From NCBI GenBank assembly GCA_037137535.1, contig JBAXKC010000041.1, forward strand, positions 1-22,402: a stretch of 22,402 bases of DNA, given 5' to 3'. How positions within the stretch are numbered: the first letter of the stretch is position 1; each line of letters opens with the position of its first letter. Source of the DNA: a bacterium. GTDB taxonomy: Bacteria > Cyanobacteriota > Vampirovibrionia > Gastranaerophilales > JBAXKC01. The notes beneath the pieces were generated by a model. The model had not been told where the DNA came from. It ran no database searches and worked only from the letters and a program-made list of their open reading frames with translations. The translations under genes were made by a program, and so were the position numbers. Of the stretch, positions 9,074 to 17,631 are shown in pieces.

Positions 9074-9088
9074 CGTCAATACAGGACA
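9074..9088. promoter_or_regulatory. Putative WYL-regulator operator (CGTC-N7-GACA), box 1
   Basis: CGTCaatacagGACA in the 159-bp divergent intergenic region between the nuclease and WYL genes. TATAAT at 9111-9116. The same geometry recurs at 10225-10239. Confidence 0.5.
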
Positions 9089-9165
9089 TTATTTTTTATT
9101 GCTCATTAACTATAATTTCTATAAGATACAACTATACTTGAGTAGAACAGAATAAAGGAAAAATC

Positions 9166-10176
9166 ATGTCAAATGACAGATATTCAAAAATAACAGACTT
9201 ATTAGAGCTTATAACTCATATTCATTTCAATGGGGCTGTTTCGATTGAAGATATAATGAAACAAGCTAACGTTTCTAGACGTACTGCTGAAAGAATAAGA
9301 ACGTTATTAAAAAATACTTATTATGATTTCGACGTTATTTCTATTGATGGCAAAGTTAAAAAATGGGGATTTACAGGCCCTTTATCAAAAAGTGCTGTTA
9401 GATTTAGTGCTGATGAGATTGCAGAGCTTGAAAACATAAAACAAGGTTTTGAAGAGCAGGGTATTCATGATAAATCACAAAGCCTTGATAAAATTTTATC
9501 AAAATTAAAAGTTCATAATTCCACACACTCAACAAGCCTTGAAAATGATGTGGAAGCATTAATTGAAGCAGAGGGATTTGCAATTAGGCCTCACCCGAGA
9601 AGTAAAGTTAATACTGAACATTTTCAGAAAATACGATATGCAATAAAAGCTTCGAAAATGCTTAAAATCGAATATAAAAAAGATAAAAGTAAAAAGTCAG
9701 ATATAAATAAAATTCATCCTTATGGAATTTTATACGGTGAAAAACAATATCTAGTTGCCTATAACGCAGATAAACAACAACTTAGAAGTTATAAACTTTT
9801 AAATATTCAAAATATTGAAGTATTAAAAGAATATTTTGAAATTAAAGATTCTTTTTCCTTTCAAGATTATGCAAAGCGTTCTTTTGGCGTGTTTCATGAA
9901 GAACCCTACGACGTTAAATTATTATTTACTAAAGACGTTGCCAATGATGTAATGAATTACTGTTTTCATCATACGCAAGTTCTCACACCTCAAGAAAATG
10001 GAACTGTATTAGTGGAATTTAAGGCTGGTGGTAGTCTTGAGATTTGCTGGTACTTATTCAAATGGGGCAATAAAGTAAAAATATTAGCTCCCGATAAAAT
10101 AATAAACACCTATAAAAAGCTTTTAAGCGAAGCCGCAGAAGCAATAGAAGAATTATCACAAAGAAATAAGATTTAA
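9166..10176 (+). CDS. HTH-WYL-WCX transcriptional regulator
   Basis: N-terminal wHTH (SIEDIMKQANVSRRTAERI), WYL domain (IHPYGILYGEKQYLVAY...LRSYKLLNI), C-terminal WCX (FHHTQ...ICWYLFKWGNKVKILAPD). RBS AAAGGA. Confidence 0.93.
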   Translation: MSNDRYSKITDLLELITHIHFNGAVSIEDIMKQANVSRRTAERIRTLLKNTYYDFDVISIDGKVKKWGFTGPLSKSAVRFSADEIAELENIKQGFEEQGIHDKSQSLDKILSKLKVHNSTHSTSLENDVEALIEAEGFAIRPHPRSKVNTEHFQKIRYAIKASKMLKIEYKKDKSKKSDINKIHPYGILYGEKQYLVAYNADKQQLRSYKLLNIQNIEVLKEYFEIKDSFSFQDYAKRSFGVFHEEPYDVKLLFTKDVANDVMNYCFHHTQVLTPQENGTVLVEFKAGGSLEICWYLFKWGNKVKILAPDKIINTYKKLLSEAAEAIEELSQRNKI

Positions 10177-10224
10177 ATAATTATTAAACACTCTGTTACA
10201 AAAAATGAATTGTTTTTTATTATG

Positions 10225-10268
10225 CGTCCAATTTTGACACAAGCGTTTGTTATTATTATTATAACAAA
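10225..10268 (+). promoter_or_regulatory. sigma70-type cas operon promoter overlapped by putative operator box 2
   Basis: TTGACA (10234-10239), 17 bp, TATTAT (10257-10262). CGTCcaattttGACA (10225-10239) overlaps the -35. Inverted repeat TTTGTTAT-N7-ATAACAAA (10246-10268) spans the -10. Confidence 0.65.
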
Positions 10269-10338
10269 GCAGTAATAAACATGAATTTTTTTTAAAAAAT
10301 GATATATTAGTACAGGCAGTTAAATAGGAAAGGAACTT

Positions 10339-11034
10339 ATGAATATAAATATATATGAAGCAGAGCTTAAGTTATTCATATTAAAGAACATATCTTGTGA
10401 AAATCACATGGAAAAAATATCGGCAATAATAGATAAAACTTTTATGATTTCTGAAGAGATGAAAGAGTTTCACCAAAAAAGAGAACAAAAAGGTTATGTT
10501 TTTAACGGATTTTATCCTATTGAAAAAGAAATTTATGTGGCAGGACAAATTTATACGGTAAAAATTCGTTCTTTAAATAAAGATTTAATGGAGTTCTTTA
10601 AAAATAATCTTCAAAAATCCCGAACAGAAGAAATCCAAGCATTAACGATGACATATCGTAAATTGCCGAGTAAGCACATCACAAAATTATATTCAGTAAC
10701 ACCAACGGTTTGTAAGTTTGAAACAGGATATTGGAGAAACGGGCAAACTCTTGATATTTTTGAAAAAAAGCTGAAAGAAAATGCCATAAACAAATATAAC
10801 AAATTTACCGACACTAAACTCGATGAAAACTTTGATTTATTTAAAAAAATAGAAATTTTAAATAAATACCCGATAGTAAAGAAATATAAAAATATAAAAA
10901 TGCTTTGCGACAAAGTCGAATTGGAAATTGAAGATAACGAATCAGCTCAAAAAACAGCTCAAATAATCGTTGCTTGCGGACTTGCAGAGATGAATGCAAG
11001 AGGCTTCGGTTTTGTTAATGCAAAAGTTTTATAA
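10339..11034 (+). CDS. cas6: CRISPR-associated endoribonuclease Cas6
   Basis: C-terminal Gly-rich loop CGLAEMNARGFGFV, SVTPTV, first gene of the cas operon. RBS AAAGGA. Confidence 0.9.
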   Translation: MNINIYEAELKLFILKNISCENHMEKISAIIDKTFMISEEMKEFHQKREQKGYVFNGFYPIEKEIYVAGQIYTVKIRSLNKDLMEFFKNNLQKSRTEEIQALTMTYRKLPSKHITKLYSVTPTVCKFETGYWRNGQTLDIFEKKLKENAINKYNKFTDTKLDENFDLFKKIEILNKYPIVKKYKNIKMLCDKVELEIEDNESAQKTAQIIVACGLAEMNARGFGFVNAKVL

Positions 11035-11045
11035 GGAGTAATATT

Positions 11046-12791
11046 TTGCTTAAAGATTGCATTGAAATATTCAATAAAGAAGTAGAAAAACATTGCCAAA
11101 ATCCCGGTTGTGATGAAATATCTTTTATAACAGATAATTACACTCTTTCTGACGGAACTTTTCTTTTATTGGACAGCGAAACAGGAGAGATAAAAGAAGA
11201 ACTTACTGTCAATAAAAATACCGACAAAGGTTTAACTTTATATAGAGAATTTGCCAAGAAAGATTATCTTTCAAAATTAATTGATATGAATAAACCCATT
11301 GACGGGAAAAAAACAATCCACTCAAATAATTATTTATCTTTTTATGTAAAAAAAGAAAGTATAAAAGATAAATTAATAAAAGAAACCGTAAATGGATATT
11401 ATGATATTTTAAAAAATCCTTTATTAAATAAATATAAAGGAAAAAAAGAATCCGAAAAAATTTATAAAAACTTTATAGAAAAAAACGGTGAAGTTGATGA
11501 CAAAAAAGTAGAAAAGTATCATAAATTTATATTGAAATTCTTTTTTGAAGAAAATCCGCTTGTTTCAGAATTAAGTAAAGAGAAAAATTATCTAAAATTA
11601 TTTTTTGATGTTGATATTCAAGAATATAGACGAGAGTCTGAAAGATATATTATTCCTAATATTTATAATAGCAATGAATATAATTATCCTTGTGATAAAT
11701 CAGGCGAAATATTTGGATTTCCAAACAATAATATAGGATTAAATACTAAAAAACCTTTTTTAGAGAATAAGACAAGATTAGAGGAAGTTCCTTATTATAT
11801 TTCACAAGAAGAAGTTTTAAAGCAAAAATTATTTTTTGATCATTTATTAAATTTAGCCTCAAATCGTGAATATTATATTTATATAAATGAAGAAGGCATT
11901 AAATCACTGAAAAATGGGGAATTACCAGAAAAAGACTTTAGCGGATACTTTTTACGAATTAAAAAAAGTAAAGAATGCGAAATTCATGATTTTGATATTA
12001 TCGAAAATATTTCAACTGATATAGAAATAAAAGTAGATGATCTACTTAATATAAAATATGGAAATTATCCTCAAGCCCTTGAATATGGAACAATTTCAAA
12101 ATTAAATGAATTACTTGTTAAAGTTAATGAAATTTTTTACAGTAAATGGCTTCTTTCTAATTTTTTCACAGAAAGTAAAGATATAAAGATTAAAAATGAC
12201 TCAGGAGCATTAAAAAATATTCTTTTATCTTCTCGTATTGCCTGGATAAATTGGTTTTATAAAGGCAATACTCGAGTTATAAAAAGTACTTTTGCTAAAT
12301 TTTCTCTGGAATTAATAAAAAATTCAATTAATAACGATAATTTTATGAAAGCAAGAGAACAATTTAATTTAAGAATAGCTATATTAGAATTTTTGAAAGA
12401 AAAGGACAACGAAATGAGTGAAAAAATCTCTAAATTCGGCATAATGCTGGATGAAAAAATTAACAGTAAAACAAGCCCTAAGATTGAATCAGATGATGAG
12501 TATTATTTTGCAGTAGGGCAATTAGTTAATTATTTTATAAGCTTAAATAAAGGTTCAAAGAAAAATCATTCTCTTATAAACCCTATATTACAAGCAAAGA
12601 CCAATGCAAAACTAAAAAAAGAGTTAAAGAAAATGTTTGTAAAATATGATTATGCTATATCAACTAATTCTTTAAGATTTGAAAATTTATTCGGGATGAT
12701 TTGTCGTTATGAGCCTGAAAAAAATATTAACGACGAAATTTTACTTGGCGGTTATTTGTACAATTCATTAATGTATAAAAAAGGAGAATAA
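11046..12791 (+). CDS. cas8b: Type I-B large subunit Cas8b (Csh1-like)
   Basis: TTG start after AAGGAG. Lies between cas6 and cas7. Motifs MNKPID..K.IHSNNYLSF, NTKKPFLENKTR and C-terminal DEYYFAVGQL. Confidence 0.87.
   Translation: MLKDCIEIFNKEVEKHCQNPGCDEISFITDNYTLSDGTFLLLDSETGEIKEELTVNKNTDKGLTLYREFAKKDYLSKLIDMNKPIDGKKTIHSNNYLSFYVKKESIKDKLIKETVNGYYDILKNPLLNKYKGKKESEKIYKNFIEKNGEVDDKKVEKYHKFILKFFFEENPLVSELSKEKNYLKLFFDVDIQEYRRESERYIIPNIYNSNEYNYPCDKSGEIFGFPNNNIGLNTKKPFLENKTRLEEVPYYISQEEVLKQKLFFDHLLNLASNREYYIYINEEGIKSLKNGELPEKDFSGYFLRIKKSKECEIHDFDIIENISTDIEIKVDDLLNIKYGNYPQALEYGTISKLNELLVKVNEIFYSKWLLSNFFTESKDIKIKNDSGALKNILLSSRIAWINWFYKGNTRVIKSTFAKFSLELIKNSINNDNFMKAREQFNLRIAILEFLKEKDNEMSEKISKFGIMLDEKINSKTSPKIESDDEYYFAVGQLVNYFISLNKGSKKNHSLINPILQAKTNAKLKKELKKMFVKYDYAISTNSLRFENLFGMICRYEPEKNINDEILLGGYLYNSLMYKKGE
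12414..12791 (+). CDS. cas11: Probable Cas11 small subunit translated from an internal start in cas8b
   Basis: In-frame ATG at 12414 preceded by AAAGGA (12401-12406). The 125-aa product MSEKISK...YKKGE is the helical C-terminal domain. Confidence 0.65.
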   Translation: MSEKISKFGIMLDEKINSKTSPKIESDDEYYFAVGQLVNYFISLNKGSKKNHSLINPILQAKTNAKLKKELKKMFVKYDYAISTNSLRFENLFGMICRYEPEKNINDEILLGGYLYNSLMYKKGE

Positions 12792-12794
12792 ACA

Positions 12795-13721
12795 ATGGAA
12801 AAAAGAGTTTACGGATTAATAGGCATTAAATCGGTAATGGCAAATTGGAACGCAGATTTTGAAGGATTACCGAAAACCATATCTGACGGACAAACCTTTG
12901 GAAGTGATAAAGCATTAAAATATCCTATTAAAAAAATGTGGGAAAATGAAGGCGAGAAAATCTTATATATAAAATCTTTTAAACAAGATGAAAAAGATAA
13001 AAAATTAAGACCTCGTTCTTTAAAAGAAAGATATGAACTTATTTTTGAAGTTGATGACTTATCTAAACAAAAAGAAAGCAATCTTGTTTTAGAAAATTTA
13101 TTTAAAGCAACTGATGTCAAAAATTTTGGTTCAACTTTTGCAGAAGCAGGAAATAATTTTTCTATTACAGGTGCTGTTCAAATAACTCAAGGTTTTAATA
13201 AATATGAAGATACTCAACCTGAAGAACAACAAATATTATCACCATTTAGAGACGGAACAAAAGATAGTGCGGATCAATCAACACTAGGCACAAAAATCGT
13301 AAGCAACGAAGCTCATTATGTTTACCATTTTGCTATAAACCCTAATGCATATGATGACTATGTCAAACTTGGAGTTACAGACGGATATACGGAGCAGGAT
13401 TATACAAAATTCAAGAATGCGGCGTTAATTTCTGCAACTTCATTTAACACTAACAGTAAAGTCGGTTGTGAAAACGAATTTGCGGTATTTATCGAAACAG
13501 AAAAAAATGCTTATTTGCCTGATCTTGCTCAATATGTAACTTTTGAAAAAGTTGAAGATGGAAAAAATATTTTTACATTTAATTTTGACAAAATAATAGG
13601 TGATTTAAAAGATAAAATTAAAGCGGTAGAAATATACTATAATCCTTACACTACTGAAATAAAAGCCGATATTAAAAAAGCAAAATATTTTAATATATTT
13701 ACTCAGGATGAGGTTAAATAA
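12795..13721 (+). CDS. cas7: Type I-B Cas7 (Csh2-like) backbone subunit
   Basis: MANWNADFEGLPK, GSDKALKYPIK, DVKNFGSTFA, SITGAVQI. RBS AAGGAG. Confidence 0.92.
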   Translation: MEKRVYGLIGIKSVMANWNADFEGLPKTISDGQTFGSDKALKYPIKKMWENEGEKILYIKSFKQDEKDKKLRPRSLKERYELIFEVDDLSKQKESNLVLENLFKATDVKNFGSTFAEAGNNFSITGAVQITQGFNKYEDTQPEEQQILSPFRDGTKDSADQSTLGTKIVSNEAHYVYHFAINPNAYDDYVKLGVTDGYTEQDYTKFKNAALISATSFNTNSKVGCENEFAVFIETEKNAYLPDLAQYVTFEKVEDGKNIFTFNFDKIIGDLKDKIKAVEIYYNPYTTEIKADIKKAKYFNIFTQDEVK

Positions 13722-14464
13722 TGCGTGCATTGAAATTTAATTTATATGGAAATACGGCATTTTTTAAAAAACCTGACGTAAACACATATTATTATTTTAC
13801 ATACTCAAATATCCATAAAGTAGCACTGCTCGGAATTTTCGGGGCAGTCTGCGGCTTGGGCGGATATAATCAGCAAAAAAAGCCTGATAAAAAAGAAAAA
13901 GGTGGTATTTTTCCTGAGTTTTACGAAAAACTTAAAGATATAAAAGTTGCCATTGTTCCAAATGAGTCTTCTTTTACAAAAAAAATTCAATACTTTAATA
14001 ATAGTGTAGGTTATGCCTCAAAGGAAGAAGGCGGAAATTTAATCGTTAAAGAACAATGGATTGAAAATCCAAAATGGGAAATTTATGTTTTGCTTGACGG
14101 AAATGCTAATGCTGAAGAAATAGCAAACAGAATAATAAATTCTGAATTTGCTTATATTCCTTATCTTGGCAAAAATGATCATTATGCAAACATAACTGAT
14201 GCCAAATATGTTGAATTGCAAGAAGTTCAATCCTGTAATAAACTTGACGGTTTATTTTTAAAAACAATATTAGAGTCATTTGATGCAGATGATGAAGATT
14301 ATGAACTCACAATATTTAAATATGAGGAAAATTTACCGACAGGTATTGAAGAACAAGCAAATCAATATATTTTTGGTAAATTTATTTTTACTAATAACCA
14401 GCTTAAACTTAACGATTGTTCAAGTATTTATAAATCTGATAAGAAAAATTTGTTTTTCTTTTGA
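13721..14464 (+). CDS. cas5: Type I-B Cas5
   Basis: LKFNLYGNTAFFKKP, IHKVALLGIFGAVCGLGGY, EQWIENP, YIPYLGKN. TAATG stop/start coupling with cas7. Confidence 0.92.
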   Translation: MRALKFNLYGNTAFFKKPDVNTYYYFTYSNIHKVALLGIFGAVCGLGGYNQQKKPDKKEKGGIFPEFYEKLKDIKVAIVPNESSFTKKIQYFNNSVGYASKEEGGNLIVKEQWIENPKWEIYVLLDGNANAEEIANRIINSEFAYIPYLGKNDHYANITDAKYVELQEVQSCNKLDGLFLKTILESFDADDEDYELTIFKYEENLPTGIEEQANQYIFGKFIFTNNQLKLNDCSSIYKSDKKNLFFF

Positions 14465-14480
14465 TAAAAAACATATCAAA

Positions 14481-14519
14481 GATAAAATGGCGAAAACTCA
14501 ATAATTTCGCCATTTTATC
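14481..14519. terminator. Perfect 15-bp inverted repeat between cas5 and cas3 (attenuator/mRNA stabiliser candidate)
   Basis: GATAAAATGGCGAAA (14481-14495), 9-nt loop, TTTCGCCATTTTATC (14505-14519). Confidence 0.6.
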
Positions 14520-14597
14520 CGTCAACCTCCTATTAATATTAAGATTTTCATACTTACTTCAACGTCGATATTAGCACTTATAAAATAAGGAAATAAA

Positions 14598-17129
14598 ATG
14601 AATATCAGGGATTTTATTAAAGATGCAGATAATTTTTACGCTCATAAAGACGGAAAAGTCAAAGAAGTTGAAACAGTGGAAGAACACAGTAATTTGGCAC
14701 TCGAATATGCAAAAAAAATTATTTTTAATAAAAACCTTGAACCGCTAATCCATAATATCGGAAAGAGTTTTCTTGAAGAAGAAAATTCCTTTCTTCTTTG
14801 GGAAGAAATGTTTTATAATACAATTTATCTTCATGATCTCGGCAAAGTAAATATAAACTTTCAAGCTGATAAAATGAAAAATAAATTATTTAAGAATTAT
14901 CAAAACAGGTCTTCTCATCACTCTTTTGCTTCTGCAAAATTATATTTTGATATTTATTTTAAAAAAATAAAAGAATTAGAAAATAAAGATGATAAAAAAT
15001 CACTAAGAATATTTTTATGCTTGAATATGTTTGTAATTTCAAAACATCATGGCTATATTGATTGTTATTCTAAATTTATAAGTGATCTTGAAATAGCATC
15101 TAAAGATTTTTTGAATAATTATGAAGCTTTATATTCAGCAATTCAAAATATAGAATTAATCCAAAAAGAAAATATTTTGAAAAATACCCGAGAAAAAACA
15201 TCTGACAAACGAAAAGAGCTTGAAAATAAAGAAGAATGGGGCTGTATAGATTTATACATTTATACAAAATTATTATTTTCTTTATTGGTTTCGTCAGATT
15301 TTTATTCAACATCTGATTATATGAGTGGCAGTCCTGTAAATGATTTTGGAATAATTGATGATATTAACGAATTTTATTCAAATTTTAAAAATACTTCAAC
15401 TTATAATCATATTCAAGACTATTCAAAAAATCGAAAAAATAAAGACTTTAATAATATAAATGAAGCCAGAAGCGAATTATTTTTAGAAACAGAAGAAAAT
15501 TTATTAAAAAATCTGGATAAAAATCTTTTTTATTTAGAAGCTCCAACAGGCAGCGGCAAAACAAATACCGCAATAAATTTATCTTTAAAATTAATCGAAA
15601 AGGATAATAATCTTAATAAAATATTTTATATATTTCCGTTTAATACATTGGTTGAACAAACAAGACAAACGCTTGAAGAATGTTTTTCCGGTGAAACTTA
15701 TTCAAAGATAGGTGTTATAAATTCATTAACACCTCTTTATAATGAAACCAATGAAGAAAATGAAATACGCATTAATAACAAAACAGTTGATTTTAAAAAA
15801 ATATTATTGGATAGACAATTTATACATTATCCGATTGTCTTGACGACTCATGTTAATTTATTTAACTGGCTGTTTGGAATCGGAAGAGAAGATAATTTTG
15901 CATTGGCTCAATTAGCTAACAGCGTTATTGTTCTTGATGAAATTCAATCTTATAAAAATTCTATATGGAAAGAAATTGCAATATTTTTAAATAAATATGC
16001 AAAAATTTTAAATATAAAAATATTGATTATGTCTGCGACATTGCCTGAAATAGGTGACTTGACCATAAATTCAAATGATTTTATCAAACTTATTCAAGCC
16101 AGAAACAAATATTTTCAATGCGAATACTTTAAAAACCGTGTTATTCCCGATTTTTCTTTGATTGATGAATTTAAAAATTCTGATAAAAATGAATTTTTGA
16201 AAATTTTATGTGATAAATGCGTTGAAGAATATAAAAATAATAAAAAAGTTTTAATTGAATTTATTATGAAAAAAACATCGCTTGAATTTTTTAAACTGTT
16301 AAAAGAAAAATATCCTGAAACTCATGTTAATTTATTAAATGGTGATGATAATTTAATTGATAGAAAAAATATAATAAACGAAATAAAACAAAACGATTTG
16401 CCGGTTATCCTTGTTGCAACACAAATAATTGAAGCTGGTGTTGATATTGATATGGATACAGGGTTTAAAGATATTTCAATTCTTGATTCGGAAGAACAAT
16501 TTATGGGAAGAATAAATCGATCCTGTAAAAAAGATAACTGTAAAGTTTATTTCTTTAATTATAATAATGAAAAAGCTATTTATAAAGATGATAAAAGAAT
16601 TGAGTATAATCTCTTAAAAGAAGACATAAGAGAGATTTTGAAAAATAAAAACTTTAATATTTATTATTCAAAAGTTATTGAATCATTAGAATCTCAATCT
16701 TTTGAAAATAACAATAATAATATTGCTAAATTTAAAGAAGAGGAAATAGTAAATCTTAAATTTTCCAAAATACAAAAAAAATTAAGACTTATTGACCCAA
16801 AAGAGCATGAATATACCATATTTATAAATAGAGAAATAAAAACAGATAATGGTATATTATCTGGTGAAAAAGTTTGGGAAGATTATAAAAATCTTCTTGA
16901 AAACAAGTTACTTGAATATTCGGAAAAAAGAGTGAAATTATCTAAAATTATAGCAGATGTAAATTATTTTACTTATAAAGTAAGTAAAAATAATTTCACT
17001 CATAATGATAATATAGGGGATATATTTTATATAGAAAATGGTGAAGAATATTTTATAAAGTTTGACGGCGTTTTAAAATTTGACCGAGAAAAATTTGAAG
17101 GGAAGGAGTCGCTTTTTGAATTTATTTGA
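14598..17129 (+). CDS. cas3: Cas3 HD nuclease-SF2 helicase fusion
   Basis: YAH, EEH, LHDLGK, KHHG and SD (HD domain). APTGSGKT, DEIQ, MSAT, ATQIIEAGVDID, QFMGRINR (helicase). Confidence 0.97.
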   Translation: MNIRDFIKDADNFYAHKDGKVKEVETVEEHSNLALEYAKKIIFNKNLEPLIHNIGKSFLEEENSFLLWEEMFYNTIYLHDLGKVNINFQADKMKNKLFKNYQNRSSHHSFASAKLYFDIYFKKIKELENKDDKKSLRIFLCLNMFVISKHHGYIDCYSKFISDLEIASKDFLNNYEALYSAIQNIELIQKENILKNTREKTSDKRKELENKEEWGCIDLYIYTKLLFSLLVSSDFYSTSDYMSGSPVNDFGIIDDINEFYSNFKNTSTYNHIQDYSKNRKNKDFNNINEARSELFLETEENLLKNLDKNLFYLEAPTGSGKTNTAINLSLKLIEKDNNLNKIFYIFPFNTLVEQTRQTLEECFSGETYSKIGVINSLTPLYNETNEENEIRINNKTVDFKKILLDRQFIHYPIVLTTHVNLFNWLFGIGREDNFALAQLANSVIVLDEIQSYKNSIWKEIAIFLNKYAKILNIKILIMSATLPEIGDLTINSNDFIKLIQARNKYFQCEYFKNRVIPDFSLIDEFKNSDKNEFLKILCDKCVEEYKNNKKVLIEFIMKKTSLEFFKLLKEKYPETHVNLLNGDDNLIDRKNIINEIKQNDLPVILVATQIIEAGVDIDMDTGFKDISILDSEEQFMGRINRSCKKDNCKVYFFNYNNEKAIYKDDKRIEYNLLKEDIREILKNKNFNIYYSKVIESLESQSFENNNNNIAKFKEEEIVNLKFSKIQKKLRLIDPKEHEYTIFINREIKTDNGILSGEKVWEDYKNLLENKLLEYSEKRVKLSKIIADVNYFTYKVSKNNFTHNDNIGDIFYIENGEEYFIKFDGVLKFDREKFEGKESLFEFI

Positions 17130-17622
17130 AACAAATGAATACAAAATAACTGGAACACTCGTAAATTATTATATTCATTGTAAAAGACAATGTTGGCTAT
17201 TCGGTAATAAAATAAATATGGAAGATAACAGCGAATTAGTAAAAATAGGTCGAGCATTACATGAAGAAAAAGAAACACAAGAAATCCAAATTGATAATAT
17301 TAAAATTGATAAAATTTCAGATGAATATTTAACAGAAATTAAAAAAAGCGATGCAGACCTCGAAGCATGCCGTTATCAACTACTGTTTTATTTAAAAAAA
17401 TTAAAAAATAAAGGCATTATACGAAAGGGAAAACTTGAAATACTGGAAAAAGTAAAAACTTCAAAAAAAACACATATATTTGAACTTAATGAAAAAAACG
17501 AAGATGAATTAAAAAATATTGAAAGTGAAATAAAACAATTAATTTTCTCAGAAACCGTTCCTTCTGTTGAAAAATCAAAAAAATGTAATAAATGTGCATA
17601 TAATTCATACTGTAATATTTAG
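17116..17622 (+). CDS. cas4: Cas4 exonuclease
   Basis: ITGTLVNYYIHCKRQCWL, IGRALHE, IKID, EIKK, CNKCAYNSYC Fe-S cysteines. The likely start is TTG 17116, 7 nt after AAGGAG (17103-17108), overlapping the cas3 end. Confidence 0.93.
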   Translation: MNLFETNEYKITGTLVNYYIHCKRQCWLFGNKINMEDNSELVKIGRALHEEKETQEIQIDNIKIDKISDEYLTEIKKSDADLEACRYQLLFYLKKLKNKGIIRKGKLEILEKVKTSKKTHIFELNEKNEDELKNIESEIKQLIFSETVPSVEKSKKCNKCAYNSYCNI

Positions 17623-17631
17623 AGGTGGATA

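Noticed and set aside
14532-14565. Possible degenerate CRISPR repeat (CreA/CreR-like mini-array) before cas3
   Set aside because: Only CTTCAA matches the reverse repeat; overall similarity is at AT-rich background level and there is no partner repeat.
17080-17115. Longer cas4 start given by the ORF track
   Set aside because: TTG 17116 has a well-spaced AAGGAG and a shorter overlap with cas3.
14598-17129. Cas3 DEIQ instead of DExH as a sign of inactivation
   Set aside because: DExQ is a common Cas3 variant, and the other helicase and HD motifs are intact.
10611-17278. Short ORFs at 10611, 12257, 12809, 13805, 14039, 15100, 17027 (minus) and 14280 (plus)
   Set aside because: All overlap well-supported cas genes and have compositions expected of antisense or alternate-frame reading of AT-rich genes.
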